Below, piece after piece: positions 41,581 to 54,496 of a stretch of DNA of 64,000 nucleotides (positions within the stretch are counted from its first letter, which is position 1; each line of letters begins with the position of its first letter). A program made the position numbers and the translations under genes. The notes under the pieces are model-generated. The model made no database searches and was not told where the DNA came from. It worked only from the letters and a program-made list of their open reading frames with translations. The DNA is from Antedon mediterranea (lineage: Eukaryota; Animalia; Echinodermata), in NCBI RefSeq assembly GCF_964355755.1, contig NC_092679.1, forward strand, positions 9,903,432-9,967,431, read 5' to 3'.

Positions 41581-43730
41581 CACATTCATTTAGACTAGAC
41601 AAAAAGTAGTGAGCCCTCTAGCGGTCATTTGTGATTTCTGAGATTCATCGAAGCGCGACAACATCACCCGGAAATGATGTGAATTTAAAATTTTAATAGG
41701 GTTAAACTCTTTTAACCAATTGAAAGCCTTAAAATTATAGTTCCTTATGAATAATTCATGAGAATAATTAAAGCAAGGGTTGAAGAAGCATGTGACTTGG
41801 TTTTTGGAATAGGATAGCAGTTATGATCGTGTCAGGTAATCATTGAATTTGCTCTTCTTTTTGTTAGATTTTTTACGGTTTTTATCAATAATAATATTTT
41901 ACATTTTTACGAGACCATAAAAAAATTCCTCAATTTTTGAGTAAACGAGTGACTAAATAAAAAGTTACTATGTAATGTAAAGATTCGTTTGACAAAAAAT
42001 GGGCATGTTGATATTTTCAGATATTTTTTAAATGGCGATTGAAATAGGTAAACAAATCACATGTATAACGGTGGTTTGTGCGAAGCTGGGCCTAGCCTTT
42101 ATGGTCCAACGCGTACTGCGTGTTAATCAATGCGTATAGATACACACGTAGTCGTTTAGGCCATTTTTTTACATGTTTATTTATTAATATTAGGCCCCAT
42201 TCTCATTTATTTTAATTAATGTACTGAATGTACCACACTTTACAACTCTATTTAAATTAGATTTTGTACTTGTATTAAATTCAAACGTTTTATGGGATTT
42301 AAAACATTAAGCTAGGCCTTGTAGTAGGCCTATGACCACATGTTAGGTTTTTCAGCCTAATTTATCATGCAGTATACCTCTAGCCCATCTTTCAAATACA
42401 TATTTAAATTAACATACTTTTTATATTTCTATATTTTTTATAGGATCTGACTCCAGAAAACATTTGCATCACTTGAAAGCGGCTATTTATGGACAGCATG
42501 TTGACATTCAAAAAAATTTGACCAGCTCTTATTAATTAAATGTCTTTTAAATTAAAGGTGTTCATTATAATGAAATGTACGGTGACAGAAATTTAAATCA
42601 TTCTCATAATTGAGGTTTCTCATAGATTTAATATTGAAGGTAAATAAATAAAGCTGTTTGTTATTCTTGCCTTTAGAAATAAACATGTTGTTAGTACTAT
42701 ATTATTAGGCCTAGGCCATTATACAAATTAAAACTAAAAAATACAGTAATCATATTTAAGGCCTACACAGCAGTACCTTACTTGATTTGATTTCTTTCAA
42801 ATATTTAATTGATGAAATAAATGAGTTTGACTTTTCAATTAGTTGCCATTTTATTAGTTTCTGTGTGTTTTTTATTTATATTCTTAAATTAATTGTATAC
42901 AACAACTTTAAAGTATTGCGAAGAAGTGATCAAATTATAGTAGGCCTATTTGTATGTTATTGTCGCTTAAAATTATGCAGTTAAAGTATTTGATTTTAGG
43001 GTGACAGAAACGGTTAGGCAAGAAAAGAAATAAATGTGGTTATTTTGTTATGCGGTAAAAACAATTAAACATAATTTACCCCTAATGCATGTAAATGTAG
43101 AAAACATTGCTTATGTTAGCGCGACCGAAACTCGCTACTGGGAATAGAGCCTGCAAAAGCGACGCGTACACACCTACTCGGGCACCGGCGGAGCCCGATC
43201 GATAGTAAATATACCCGATTTCCAATGGTCATAAAATTCTTTTAAAAAATATCAACATTTTGATTTTTTGAAGATTAAAAGTAAAGATATTGAAATTTAA
43301 CAAACTATTTACAAATATGTATTTAAAAATTCGGAAACAATTTTAGCGTGATATTAAAACAAACTTTTTAGAGTTCCGCGATTTCCTACGCAGGATGTTT
43401 GTTTTCATTGTTAATGGGCAAATGTTACCTAAACTAGAATCGTTATAAATCTTTTAAATTTGTATTATAATTAATTTCTTTAGTATTCTTAGTAACATCG
43501 AATGTCTCTAATTAACTAGCAGTTATTTATATTAACTGTTGTTTAATAATAAGCGTGTATGAAGTGAAAATCTATAGTAATAATGTTCTTAGTCAGTTCG
43601 TCTCGCTCGCGTGAAGTCTTCGGGTTTCTCAATACAATTCTCAGCGGTAAGATAGGCTCGCGCTAATGTTTAAATCAAAAGCGCTCTCAAAACACTTTTT
43701 GTCCAAAATTCGCAATATGACGTGAGTGTG
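41581..43730. mobile_element. 2,150-bp non-autonomous CAC...GTG DNA transposon with asymmetric RSS-like ends
   Basis: Left end CACATTC-11 bp-ACAAAAAGT-AGTGAGCCCTCTA. Right end (reverse complement) CACACTC-21 bp-ACAAAAAGT-GTTT. Flanked by agag/agag: the equivalent empty satellite unit has 4 AG and here there are 3+3, consistent with a 4-bp TSD. No long ORF. Confidence 0.85.
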
Positions 43731-44379
43731 AGAGAGATAGATCAGCGAGAGAGAGAGATAGATCAGCGAGAGCGAGATAGATTAGCGAGAGAGAGATAGA
43801 TCAGCGAGAGAGAGATAGATCAGCGAGAGAGAGAGATAGATCAGCGAGAAAGAGATAGATCAGCGAGAGAGATAGATCAGCGAGAGAGAGATAGATCAGC
43901 GAGAGAGAGAGAGAGAGATAGATCAGCGAGAGAGAGAGATAGATCAGCGAGAAAGAGATAGATCAGCGAGAGAGAGATAGATCAGCGAGAGGGAGAGATA
44001 GATCAGCGAGAGAGATATAGATCAGCGCGAGAGAGATAGATCAGCGAGAGAGAGAGATAGATCAGCGAGAGAGAGAAAGATCAGCGAGAGAGAGATAGAT
44101 CAGCGACAGAGAGATAGATCAGCCAGAGAGAGATAGATCAGCCAGAGAGAGAGAGATCAGCGAGAGAGAGAGAGATAGATCAGCGAGAGAGAGAGATAGA
44201 TCAGCGAGAGAAAGAGAGATAGATCAGCGAGAGAGAGATAGATCAGCGAGAGAGAGATAAATCAGCGAGAGAGAGAGATAGATCAGCGAGAGAGAGATAG
44301 ATCAGCGAGAGAGAGATAGATCAGCGAGAGAGATATAGATCAGCGAGAGAGAGATAGATCAGTGAGAGAGAGATAGATC
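43731..44379 (+). repeat. TAGATCAGC(GA)n minisatellite
   Basis: Same unit; continues in register across the 41581-43730 insertion. Confidence 0.97.
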
Positions 44380-44804
44380 GAAGAAATTTGGTTAATGCAA
44401 TCTAGGAACAATGAAGCGCAACCAGTACGCTACTTGAAAGATATCTCTTAATTGTTGTTATTATTTGACAATAATTTGGACTTTTATTTGGTGTTGAACT
44501 CATAGTGATAAACAAAGAACTCATATAAAAGGAAAGTACACTTTTTATTACAGAACCTATTGCTAGATCCAAGTGATTTAGACCTTCAACGCCTAGGCCC
44601 ACGGATAGGAAAAAAAAGTTGTACCATACGATCTATACAGGGTTAGTTTGGCCCTTTTCATTGCTGGGACCTGAAACGATCGTACCGCGTCTTTTCTGCC
44701 TTCTAATCGGCCAATCAGTGCGAGGCGTCGTTGTGCTAGGCAACAGTACTTTCTATTGTCTTCTTTTGTTCATTGAAATCGTACAAATACCACTGCATAG
44801 CGAG

Positions 44805-46683
44805 ATGGCTAATGCAACAATGCAACACATAGAAATGGCTGAAAAACTAATTAAATCTAAGAAAACTAAAAAGAAAAAGGTTTATGCTGTTGCTGTCGGG
44901 AAACAACCAGGTATATATTTATCCTGGCTGGAATGCAAAGCAAACACACATTTTTTAGTGTTGAAAAAGCCGAAAAATATCTCAGCGAAAATGGGGTGTG
45001 CAATGACTTAGAATGTACTGATGCAACTAAAGTCATTGATGCTGAAGAGGAACTACCTTTAGTAAATACAGCTATTGAAAGTAACAAAATAGATACTGAA
45101 TGTAATGATACATATTACATGACCTGGTAACCACTTATGTAAATGACCTCCAAAACCTCCATTCCGCTTGCACTCAATCACATTTTGATCACTCATTAGC
45201 TTCTCCAAATCTATCTGATTTGCTAAAAGAAAACTTCGAACTTAAAATTAAAATGTCTGAAAATGAGAATAGAGTCCTGAAAGATAAATTACTAGGTAAA
45301 AACAATGATTGTGCTATTTTGTTTGAAGCTCTAAAAGATATTCGACGTGAGCTTAAAGAATTTAAAAAAGAGGTTAAATCCCTACAAGAAAATAGAAAAT
45401 TCAAACAGAATGTAAATATTAAATTCGAAGCTCTTAAGTCCGATGTAACACATTTGCAGCATACTTTACAACTGTTGCAGCAAAAAGATAAGGAAGTGAC
45501 AAAACTACACGATCTACTTATCTCAGTTCATAAAGATGCTGCTAAAGCCAAAGATGAAGCATACGATGCGAAAATAACCCAAGTTGCTATTGACACATCT
45601 GACTTTATTACTGTGAAGGGGCATAGTGTTACTCAACATAAAACCTGTCCCCAACTTGGTCTGCACGATAGATGTTCCTCTCCTCAAGAACAGTCTATAC
45701 ATCTGACCTCATTGGACCTCCCGAAACAAAATCGGTCTAATGTAGAACCAAATTGTGACAGCAAAGTTATCGATGATTCTCGGACTTATTCTGAGCAGCT
45801 AATTGACACTCTATATAACGCATTGGATACGACTAGCCCTACTAAAGATGTAACGAAGAGTACTGGAAAAGTTGATTCTTATCAACTACAGCTTCATAAA
45901 TACCGTAATAAACATAAAGCACTAAGCGACACACAACAAATTGCTGATAAAACTGCTAGTACTCAAGATTACACAATTCCAGCTGACGTTCTGATTATTG
46001 GCGATTCAATGATTAAACATCTTCGTCCCAAACGATTAAATAATTCTACTGAAAAAAAAGTGATATGCCACACTATGCGTGGTGCAAAAATAGAAGACCT
46101 CGCGCATTGTGCCAAGCGTCTTGCAGTAAAACATGGTGTTGAAAGAGTGATTGTTCATGTGGGAACTAACAATAGAAATGACAGTTCAGACACTTTGACC
46201 TCAAAAACGACATCTCTGTGTGAAACCTTGAAGCCAATAAAGTGCACAGTTTCCTCCATCATACACCGACGCAATTCAACCAGACAGTCTCGAAATGCGA
46301 TGATGTAGAGAGAGCAAATCACCATATGAAACTCATATGCAAAGAGAATGGCTGGGGATTTACTAATAATACAAATATTCCATTCATGAAACTATCTTCT
46401 GATGGAGTTCATCTTAGCGAAGAACATTATTGATCACATAAGTAGTGAATCGGCGATGAGTCCACCTCCGTCATTTTTTTCTGCTCTCAAATCAGTACCA
46501 ACCAATTCGTCAGAGAGAATGCGTCAATCATCAACAAGGGACTATAAAAATCGATGCAAGAAAAGAAAGAAAAGAGTGGTTCAAGTACCTGGAACTTGTA
46601 CGAGAGCTGCTAAATCCACAAAAACCTACCTACACAAATTAAATTCAATTTTGCAAATTCGTCACTTATATTTTGTTTGCTAA
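44805..46683 (+). pseudogene. L2 ORF1 (frameshifted): RNase H1-type hybrid-binding domain, coiled coil, SGNH esterase
   Basis: VYAVAVGKQPGIYLSWLECKA / FFSVEKAEKYL, a K/E/L-rich coiled-coil-like stretch, and SGNH blocks VLIIGDSMIK, RGAKI, IVHVGTNN, DGVHLS. Spread over several frames. Confidence 0.78.
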
Positions 46684-49521
46684 ATGCTCGTTCATTGCGT
46701 AACAAAAGTGATGAATTCACAGACTTTGTTGTTAGTAATGACATTGATATCGTGTCTGTGTCTGAAACATGGCTTCAACCTGATGACAACCTCTCCATTA
46801 GAAACATAACTCCACTTGGATATTGTTTCAAACATGTTCCTAGATTGGATAAAATCGGTGGAGGGATTGGAATTTTATATAAATCTAGTATAAGTGTTAA
46901 TATGAAAAATGATGTAAATGTTTATTCTTCATTTGAAACAATACATTAACAGTTTACATTAAGTTCAAAAACAATTTATATTGTATGCATCTACAGACCA
47001 CCGAGTTTGTCTGTCACCGACTTTCTTAATGAATTTGAAAATATGATTTTTGATTATCTCATTATTCCATCAGAAGTAATTTTTTGTGGTGATTTTAATA
47101 TCCACATTGATGAAAATGAGAATATCGCTGCAAATAAATGTAATCGTCTATTGCAGTCTTTCAATCTTATACAGCATGTAAATGAACCTACGCATGATGG
47201 TGGTCATTGTCTTGATCTCATTATTACTAGAGATGTTTCTCTGATCTCGGGGATCACTGTAAAACCGGGTATCTCTGATCATTTTTCTATACTTTGTAGT
47301 CTCGACTTCAAGAAACCACCTCTACCTAAATCTAAAATTAAAATCCGCAAATATAAACAGTATTGATACAACAATATTTTCATATGACATACAAGCTCGG
47401 TTGTCTGATATGCATGATGGTACTTTGCAAGAAAATATTGAAAGATACTGCTCTTTAAGAGAAGTTATGGATAAACACGCACCTTTAAAAACAAAATGTA
47501 TCAAACTAAATTCTTCAAAACCGTGGTATACTGATGAAATTAGATCTGCGAGAAAACTCCGTCGCGTATTTGAGAGAAAATGGATGAAATCAAAAAATAC
47601 ATTAGATAGACAGAAATATTGTCATCAGCGGTGTATTGTTAATATGCTTGTTGAAAGTGCTAAGAAACAATATTATTCTGATCTGGTCGAAGATTGCTCA
47701 GGTGATCAGAAGAAGCTGTTTAAAGTTGTAAATAATCTTTTACACTGTTCTAAATCGTCGGTGCTTCCATTTTCTCACTCAGATGAGTTGCTTGCAGAAA
47801 GATTTTCCATATTTAAAAAAAATAAAATTGTTAATATTCGTAAACTTTTTGTTAAAGATAGTGCTGGAAGTTTGTCTCATTACTTTAATAACGACGTATG
47901 CTGTGAAAATTATAATTGTCCCTCCCTTTGTATATTTGAACCTGCAAGTGAAAAAGAAATTTCTGAAATTGTCAAAAACTCGCCTGCTAAATTTTGCAGT
48001 CTTGATCCAGTTCCTATTCTGTTAATTAAGAGAAATGCTGTTGTTTTTGTTCCACTAATTACACGTGTCGTTAATCTGTCTTTGGAAACTGGGGTTTTCC
48101 CAGATATTTGTAAAATCTCACACATACGTCCTCAATTAAAGAAATCGGGTCTTGCTCCTGAAAAGCTATCCAATTACAGACCAGTATCAAATCTGTGTTT
48201 TCTTGGAAAAGTAATTGAAAAAGTGGTATCTAAACGTATACTATCACATGTAAAGGATAATTCTTTACTTGACCCGTTTCAATCAGCGTATAAAGCACAT
48301 CACAGTACTGAAACTGCACTCCTGCGCGTTAGCAATGATATACTTCGTGCGATGGATGTTGAAAAAGTAACTGCTTTAATTTTACTTGATTTGAGTGCTG
48401 CGTTTGATACGGTAGATCATAGTATTCTGACTGAGAGGTTGCATGCTTCTATTGGTGTTCAAGGATGTACACTAAGATGGTGTCAATCATACTTGGAGGA
48501 CAGACCTCAACACATTTGTATTAGAGAGGAAATCTCTCAACCTACCACTTTAAATTACTCTGTTCCGCAAGGATCTGTGTTAGGTCCACAATTGTTTACA
48601 ATTTATGTATATCCTATTCGTGATATCATTAAGAAATATAATCTTAGTTATCATGTTTACGCTGATGACACTCAGATATATATATCGTTTAAACCTACCA
48701 TGACAAAGAGTGAATTATCAATTGATTTGCTTGAAAAATGTATCTCTGAAATTCGTGTCTGGATGGCCAAAAACTTTTTGAAACTTAATGATGATAAGAC
48801 TGAGTGCATCCTATTTGGTTCGCAACAACAATTAGAGAAAATTCCATCTAAGAGGGTTTCCATTGGTAACTTTTGTACTAAAAATACTACACAAGTTACA
48901 AATCTTGGTGTAATTCTGGATTCTAATATGACAATGACGGCTCATAATTTCTAAAATTACGTCTGCATCGTCATATCATTTAAGAAATATTCAAGGCATC
49001 AGAAAATACTTAAATTGTGCAGCTGCTGAGCAACTTGTACATGCATTTGTTAGTTCGCGTCTCGATATGTGTAACTCCTTGTTATTTGGTCTCCCACAAA
49101 AACAACTCCACAGGCTTCAGCTGATTCAAAATACAGCGGCACGAGTTGTTAAAAACTACCAAGATATGCACACATATCAAATACCTTGGAAACTTTGCAT
49201 TGGCTTCCTGTTAGGTACCGCATTGTTTTTAAATTATTACTCTATGTTTTTAAGTCTATTAATGGCATGGCTCCTGAATATATTTCTGACATGCTTAGGC
49301 TGTATGTTCCCAGACGGAATCTGCGTTCTAGTGATACGCTGCTTCTACATCAACCTAAGTCTCACCACTCATGGGGAGACAGAGCTTTCACCGTTACTGC
49401 TTCTCGTCTATGGAATGCAATACCAAGCTCTATCAGATTTTGCAAAACTTTTGATACTTTTAAAAAATTATTAAAAACACATTTATTCATTAAGGCATAT
49501 GGAAATCATGAGGTTTCTTAA
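46677..49521 (+). pseudogene. L2 ORF2 (APE endonuclease + reverse transcriptase), with stops and frameshifts
   Basis: APE: LNARSL, SETWL, GGGIGIL, GDFNIH, HCLDLI, SDHF. RT: NYRPVSNL, LDLSAAFDTVDH, PQGSVLGP, YADDTQIY. Confidence 0.92.
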
Positions 49522-49816
49522 AGTTCTAGAATTTTATAGTATACTTTTTCCTGACCAGCATTATCTTATCTTGGTTGTTGTCTCTGAGCACCCGGTCGTC
49601 TGTGGCAAGGCAAATGTGTATCCTGTTCCTTTGTTTGGTCATCTAGGTAGGGGTCCGAGACCGCGACAGAACGAGAACGGATGGGGACCCTCCAAAGAAA
49701 TTGCATTTTATTTGTCAGGCATTTGTATGATTCGTTTTAAATTTTTTTTTGAATGCGCCTTGAGCACTCTTGAGTGGTATGTGCGCTATAAAAACCCTGT
49801 TATTATTGTTATTATT

Positions 49817-50108
49817 ATAGATCAGCGAGAGAGAAATAGATCAGCGAGAGAGATAGATCAGCGAGAGAGAGATAGATCAGCGAGAGAGAGAGAGAGAGAG
49901 AGATCAGCGAGAGAGATAGATCAGCGAGAGAGAGATAGATCAGTGAGAGAGAGATAGATCAGCGAGAGAGAGATAGATCAGCGAGAGAGATAGATCAGCG
50001 AGAGAGAGATAGATTAGCGAGAGAGAGATAGATCAGCGAGAGAGAGATAGATCAGCGAGAGAGAGATAGATCAGCGAGAGAGAGAGAGATCAGCGAGAGA
50101 GAGATAGA

Positions 50109-50155
<47 letters not shown>

Positions 50156-53037
50156 AGCGAGAGAGAGAGAGATAGATCAGCGAGAGAGAGAGAGATAGAT
50201 CAGCGAGAGAGAGATAGATCAGCGAGAGAGAGATAGATAGATCAGCGAGAGAGAGATAGATAGATCAGCGAGAGATAGATAGATCAGTGAGAGAGAGATA
50301 GATCAGCGAGAGAGAGATAGATAGATCAGCGAGAGAGAGATAGGTCAGCGAGAGAGAGATAGATCAGCGAGAGAGATAGATAGATCAGCGAGAGAGAGAT
50401 AGATCAGCGAGAGAGAGAGAGAGAGAGAGAGATAGATCAGCGAGAGAGAGAGAGATAGATGAGCGAGAGAGAGATAGATAGATCAGCGAGAGAGAGATAG
50501 ATCAGCGAGAGAGATAGATCAGCGAGAGAGAGATAGATAGATAGATGAGCGAGAGAGAGATAGATGAGCGAGAGAGAGATAGATCAGCAAGAGAGAGAGA
50601 TAGATAAGCGAGAGAGAGATAGATCAGCGAGAGAGAGATAGATAGATAGATCAGCGAGAGAGAGATAGATAGATCAGCTAGAGAGAGATAGATCAGCGAG
50701 AGAGAGATAGATAGATCAGCGAGAGAGAGAGAGATAGATCAGCGAGAGAGAGATAGATCAGCGAGAGAGATAGATAGATCAGCGAGAGAGAGAGATAGAT
50801 CAGCGAGAGAGAGATAGATGAGCGAGAGAGAGATAGATCAGCGAGAGGGAGAGATAGATCAGCGAGAGAGAGATAGATCAGCGAGAGAGATAGATCAGCG
50901 AGAGAGAGATAGATCAGCGAGAGAGAGATAGATCAGCGAGAGAGAGATAGATCAGCTAGAGAGAGAGATAGATCAGCGAGATAGAGAAAGATCAGCGAGA
51001 GAGAGATAGATCAGCGACAGAGAGATAGAACAGCGAGAGAGAGATAGATCAGCGAGAGAGATATAGATCAGCGAGAGAGAGATAGATCAGCGAGAGATAG
51101 ATAGATCAGCGAGAGAGAGAGAGATAGATCAGCAAGAGAGAGATAGATCAGCAAGAGAGAGATAGATCAGCGAGAGAGAGAGATAGATCAGCGAGAGCGA
51201 GATAGATTAGCGAGAGAGAGATAGATAAGCGAGAGAGAGATAGATCAGCGAGAGAGAGAGAGATAGATCAGCGAGAAAAAGATAGATCAGCGAGAGAGAT
51301 AGATAGATCAGCGAGAGAGAGAGAGAGATAGATCAGCGAGAGAGAGAGATAGATCAGCGAGAGAGAGATAGATGAGCGAGAGAGAGATAGATCAGCGAGA
51401 GGGAAAGATAGATCAGCGAGAGAGAGATAGATCAGCGAGAGAGATAGATCAGCGAGAGAGAGATAGATCAGCGATAGAGAGATAGATCAGCGAGAGAGAG
51501 ATAGATCAGCGAGAGAGAGAGAGAGATAGATCAGCGAGAGAGAGTGAGAGAGATAGATCAGCGAGAGAGAGATAGATCAGCGAGAGAGAGATAGATAGAT
51601 CAGCGAGAGAGAGATAGATAGATCAGCATGAGATAGATAGATCAGCGAGAGAGAGATAGATCAGCGAGAGAGAGAGATAGATAGATCAGCGAGAGAGAGA
51701 TAGGTCAGCGAGAGAGAGATAGATCAGCGAGAGAGATAGATAGATCATCGAGAGAGAGATAGATCAGCGAGAGAGAGAGAGAGAGAGAGATAGATCAGCG
51801 AGAGAGAGAGAGAGAGAGAGATAGATCAGCGAGAGAGAGAGATAGATCAGCGAGAGAGAGATAGATCAGCGAGAGAGATAGATAGATCAGCGAGGGAGAG
51901 ATAGATCAGCGACAGAGAGATAGATCAGCGAGAGAGAAAAAGATCAGCGAGAGAGAGATAGATCAGCGACAGAGAGATAGATCAGCGAGAGAGAGATAGA
52001 TCAGCGAGAGGGAGAGATAGATCAGCGAGAGAGAGATAGATCAGCGAGAGAGAGATAGATCAGCGAGAGAGAGATAGATCAGCGAGAGAGAGATAGATCA
52101 GCGAGAGAGAGAGAGATAGATCAGCGAGAGAGAGAGAGATAGATCAGCGAGAGAGAGAAAGATCAGCGAGAGAGAGATAGGTCAGCGACAGAGAGATAGA
52201 TCAGCGAGAGAGAGATAGATCAGCGAGAGAGATATAGATCAGCGAGAGAGAGATAGATCAGCGAGAGAGAGATAGATCAGCGAGAGAGAGAAATAGATCA
52301 GCGAGAGAGAGAAAGATCAGCGAGAGAGAGATAGATCAGTGAGAGAGAGATAGATCAGCGAGAGAGAGATAGATTAGCGAGAGAGAGATAGATCAGCGAG
52401 AGAGAGAGAGATAGATCAGAGAGAGAGATAGATCAGCGAGAGAGAGATAGATCAGCGAGAGAGAGATAGATTAGCAAGAGAGAGATAGATCAGCGAGAGA
52501 GAGATAGATCAGCGAGAGAGAGAGAGATCAGCGAGAGAGAGATAGATCAGCGAGAGAGAGATAGATCAGCGAGAAAGAGATAGATCAGCGAGAGAGAGAT
52601 AGATAGATCAGCGAGAGAGATAGATCAGCGAAAGAGAGATAGATAGATCAGCGAGAGAGAGATAGATCAGCGAGAGAGATAGATCAGCGGGAGAGAGATA
52701 GAGAGATAGATGAGCGAGAGAGAGATAGATGAGCGAGAGAGAGATAGATCAGCGAGAGAGAGATATATAAGCGATAGAGAGATAGATCAGCGAGAGAGAG
52801 ATAGATAGATAGATCAGCGAGAGAGAGATAGATAGATCAGCTAGAGAGAGATAGATCAGCGAGAGAGAGATAGATAGATCAGCGAGAGAGAGATAGATCA
52901 GCGAGAGAGAGAGATAGATCAGCGAGAGAGAGATAGATCAGCGAGAGAGAAAATGATCAGCAAGAGAGAGATAGATCAGCGACAGAGAGATAGATCAGCG
53001 AGAGAGAGATAGATCAGCGAGAGAGATATAGATCAGC
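49817..53037 (+). repeat. TAGATCAGC(GA)n minisatellite
   Basis: Same unit, plus orientation. Confidence 0.97.
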
Positions 53038-53187
53038 GATCTATCTCTCTCTCGCCGATCTCTCTCTCTCTCCCCCGCTGATCTATCTCTCTCGCTGATC
53101 TCTCTCTCTCTCTCTCTCTCTCGCTGATCTATCTCTCTCTCGCTGATCTATCTCTCTCGCTGATCTATCTCTCTCTCGCTGATCTAT
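53038..53187 (-). repeat. Inverted ~150-bp stretch of the minisatellite
   Basis: Strand switches to (TC)nGCTGATCTA at ~53038 and runs up to the tail of the inverted L2. Confidence 0.92.
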
Positions 53188-53835
53188 AATAATAATAATA
53201 ACAGGGTTTTTATAGCGCACATACCACTCAAGAGTGCTCAAGGCGCATTAAAAAAAAAAAAATTTAAACAAATCATACAAATGCCTGACAAATAAAATGC
53301 AATTTCTTTGGAGGGTCCCCATCCGTTCTCGTTCTGTCGCGGTCCCGGACCCCTACCTAGATGACCAAACAAAGGAACAGGATACACATTTGCCTTGCCA
53401 CAGACGACCGGGTGCTCAGAGACAACAACCAAGATAAGATAATGCTGGTCAGGAAAAAGTATACTATAAAATTCTAGAACTTTAAGAAACCTCATGATTT
53501 CCATATGCCTTAATGAATAAATGTGTTTTTAATAATTTTTTAAAAGTATCAAAAGTTTTGCAAAATCTGATAGAGCTTGGTATTGCATTCCATAGACGAG
53601 GAGCAGTAACGGTGAAAGCTCTGTCTCCCCATGAGTGGTGAGACTTAGGTTGATGTAGAAGCAGCGTATCACTAGAACTCAGATTCCGTCTGGGAACATA
53701 CAGCCTAAGCATGTCAGAAATATATTCAGGAGCCATGCCATTAATAGACTTAAAAACATAGAGTAATAATTTAAAAACAATGCGGTACCTAACAGGAAGC
53801 CAATGCAAAGTTTCCAAGGTATTTGATATGTGTGC

Positions 53836-53872
53836 CACGGCAGTTTCAAACGCGATATCCGAGACACAAAGT
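53836..53872 (+). promoter_or_regulatory. 5' end: RSS-like heptamer - 21-bp spacer - nonamer
   Basis: CACGGCA gtttcaaacgcgatatccgag ACACAAAGT gttt. Confidence 0.7.
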
Positions 53873-54496
53873 GTTTACAACGCGCTTTTGATTGATACGC
53901 CTGGCGCGTGCCTTGAGCAGCTATTTATAGCCCACCAACATCGAGCGAAATGTTTACATTCGCTAGCTATAAACAGAGAGTGTATCATACGAAGTAAATA
54001 CAGTCTTACAATGACCAATTAATAAAGTTTTCCTCGAATCTTACAGTGTTTGCTTTGTTATTGTATTTTGTATTAGGGAAAATTGTCTAGGATTAAAAAA
54101 TATTATTAAAAAAGCGAAATTTTAACGATGTTTGCGATAGTTTCAAAAGCTGAAAATTTACATAAATAGCGCCCTCACGGCGAAAGTTTATCGTCGCGGT
54201 AAGTTCAAGCTTTTGATCGTCTGATAGCAAATCTCTGCAATTTTTTCGAGCAACACCGTTAATTCCAAGTGAAAGCGGAGACTTTATTCTTTATTTAGCT
54301 CAAAATTCAGGCTGACGTCTACTTTCAAATTGATTTGAGCTAAATTTGAAATTGACTTATTTCTGTTCAAAATTCCAGTGATTTTATAGGTAAAAATAGG
54401 CCTAGGGCAAAGTTAATTATATATTTTTTAAAGAATTGTGTATTGGTTTTGCATTGACTGTATGTGGTATGTTACTGTTATTTATTGTCTTGTGAA

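Larger units (their letters stand above)
44380..49816 (+). mobile_element. Full-length, decayed L2-clade LINE
   Basis: 5' UTR, ORF1, APE-RT ORF2, 3' UTR and (TTA)n tail. ATAGATC is duplicated at 44373-44379 and 49817-49823 (possible 7-bp TSD). L2-type C-terminus LHWLPVRYRIVFKLLLYVFKSINGMAPEYI. Confidence 0.92.

Noticed and set aside
49499-49957. 152-aa ORF (and its mirror 53238-53504)
   Set aside because: It spans the L2 3' UTR and tail into satellite, with no recognisable domain.
53836-53874. Reading the 5' end as a true 23-RSS (nonamer ACAAAGTGT after 23 bp)
   Set aside because: Alignment with the other three ends (G-ACAAAAAGT) places the nonamer after 21 bp.
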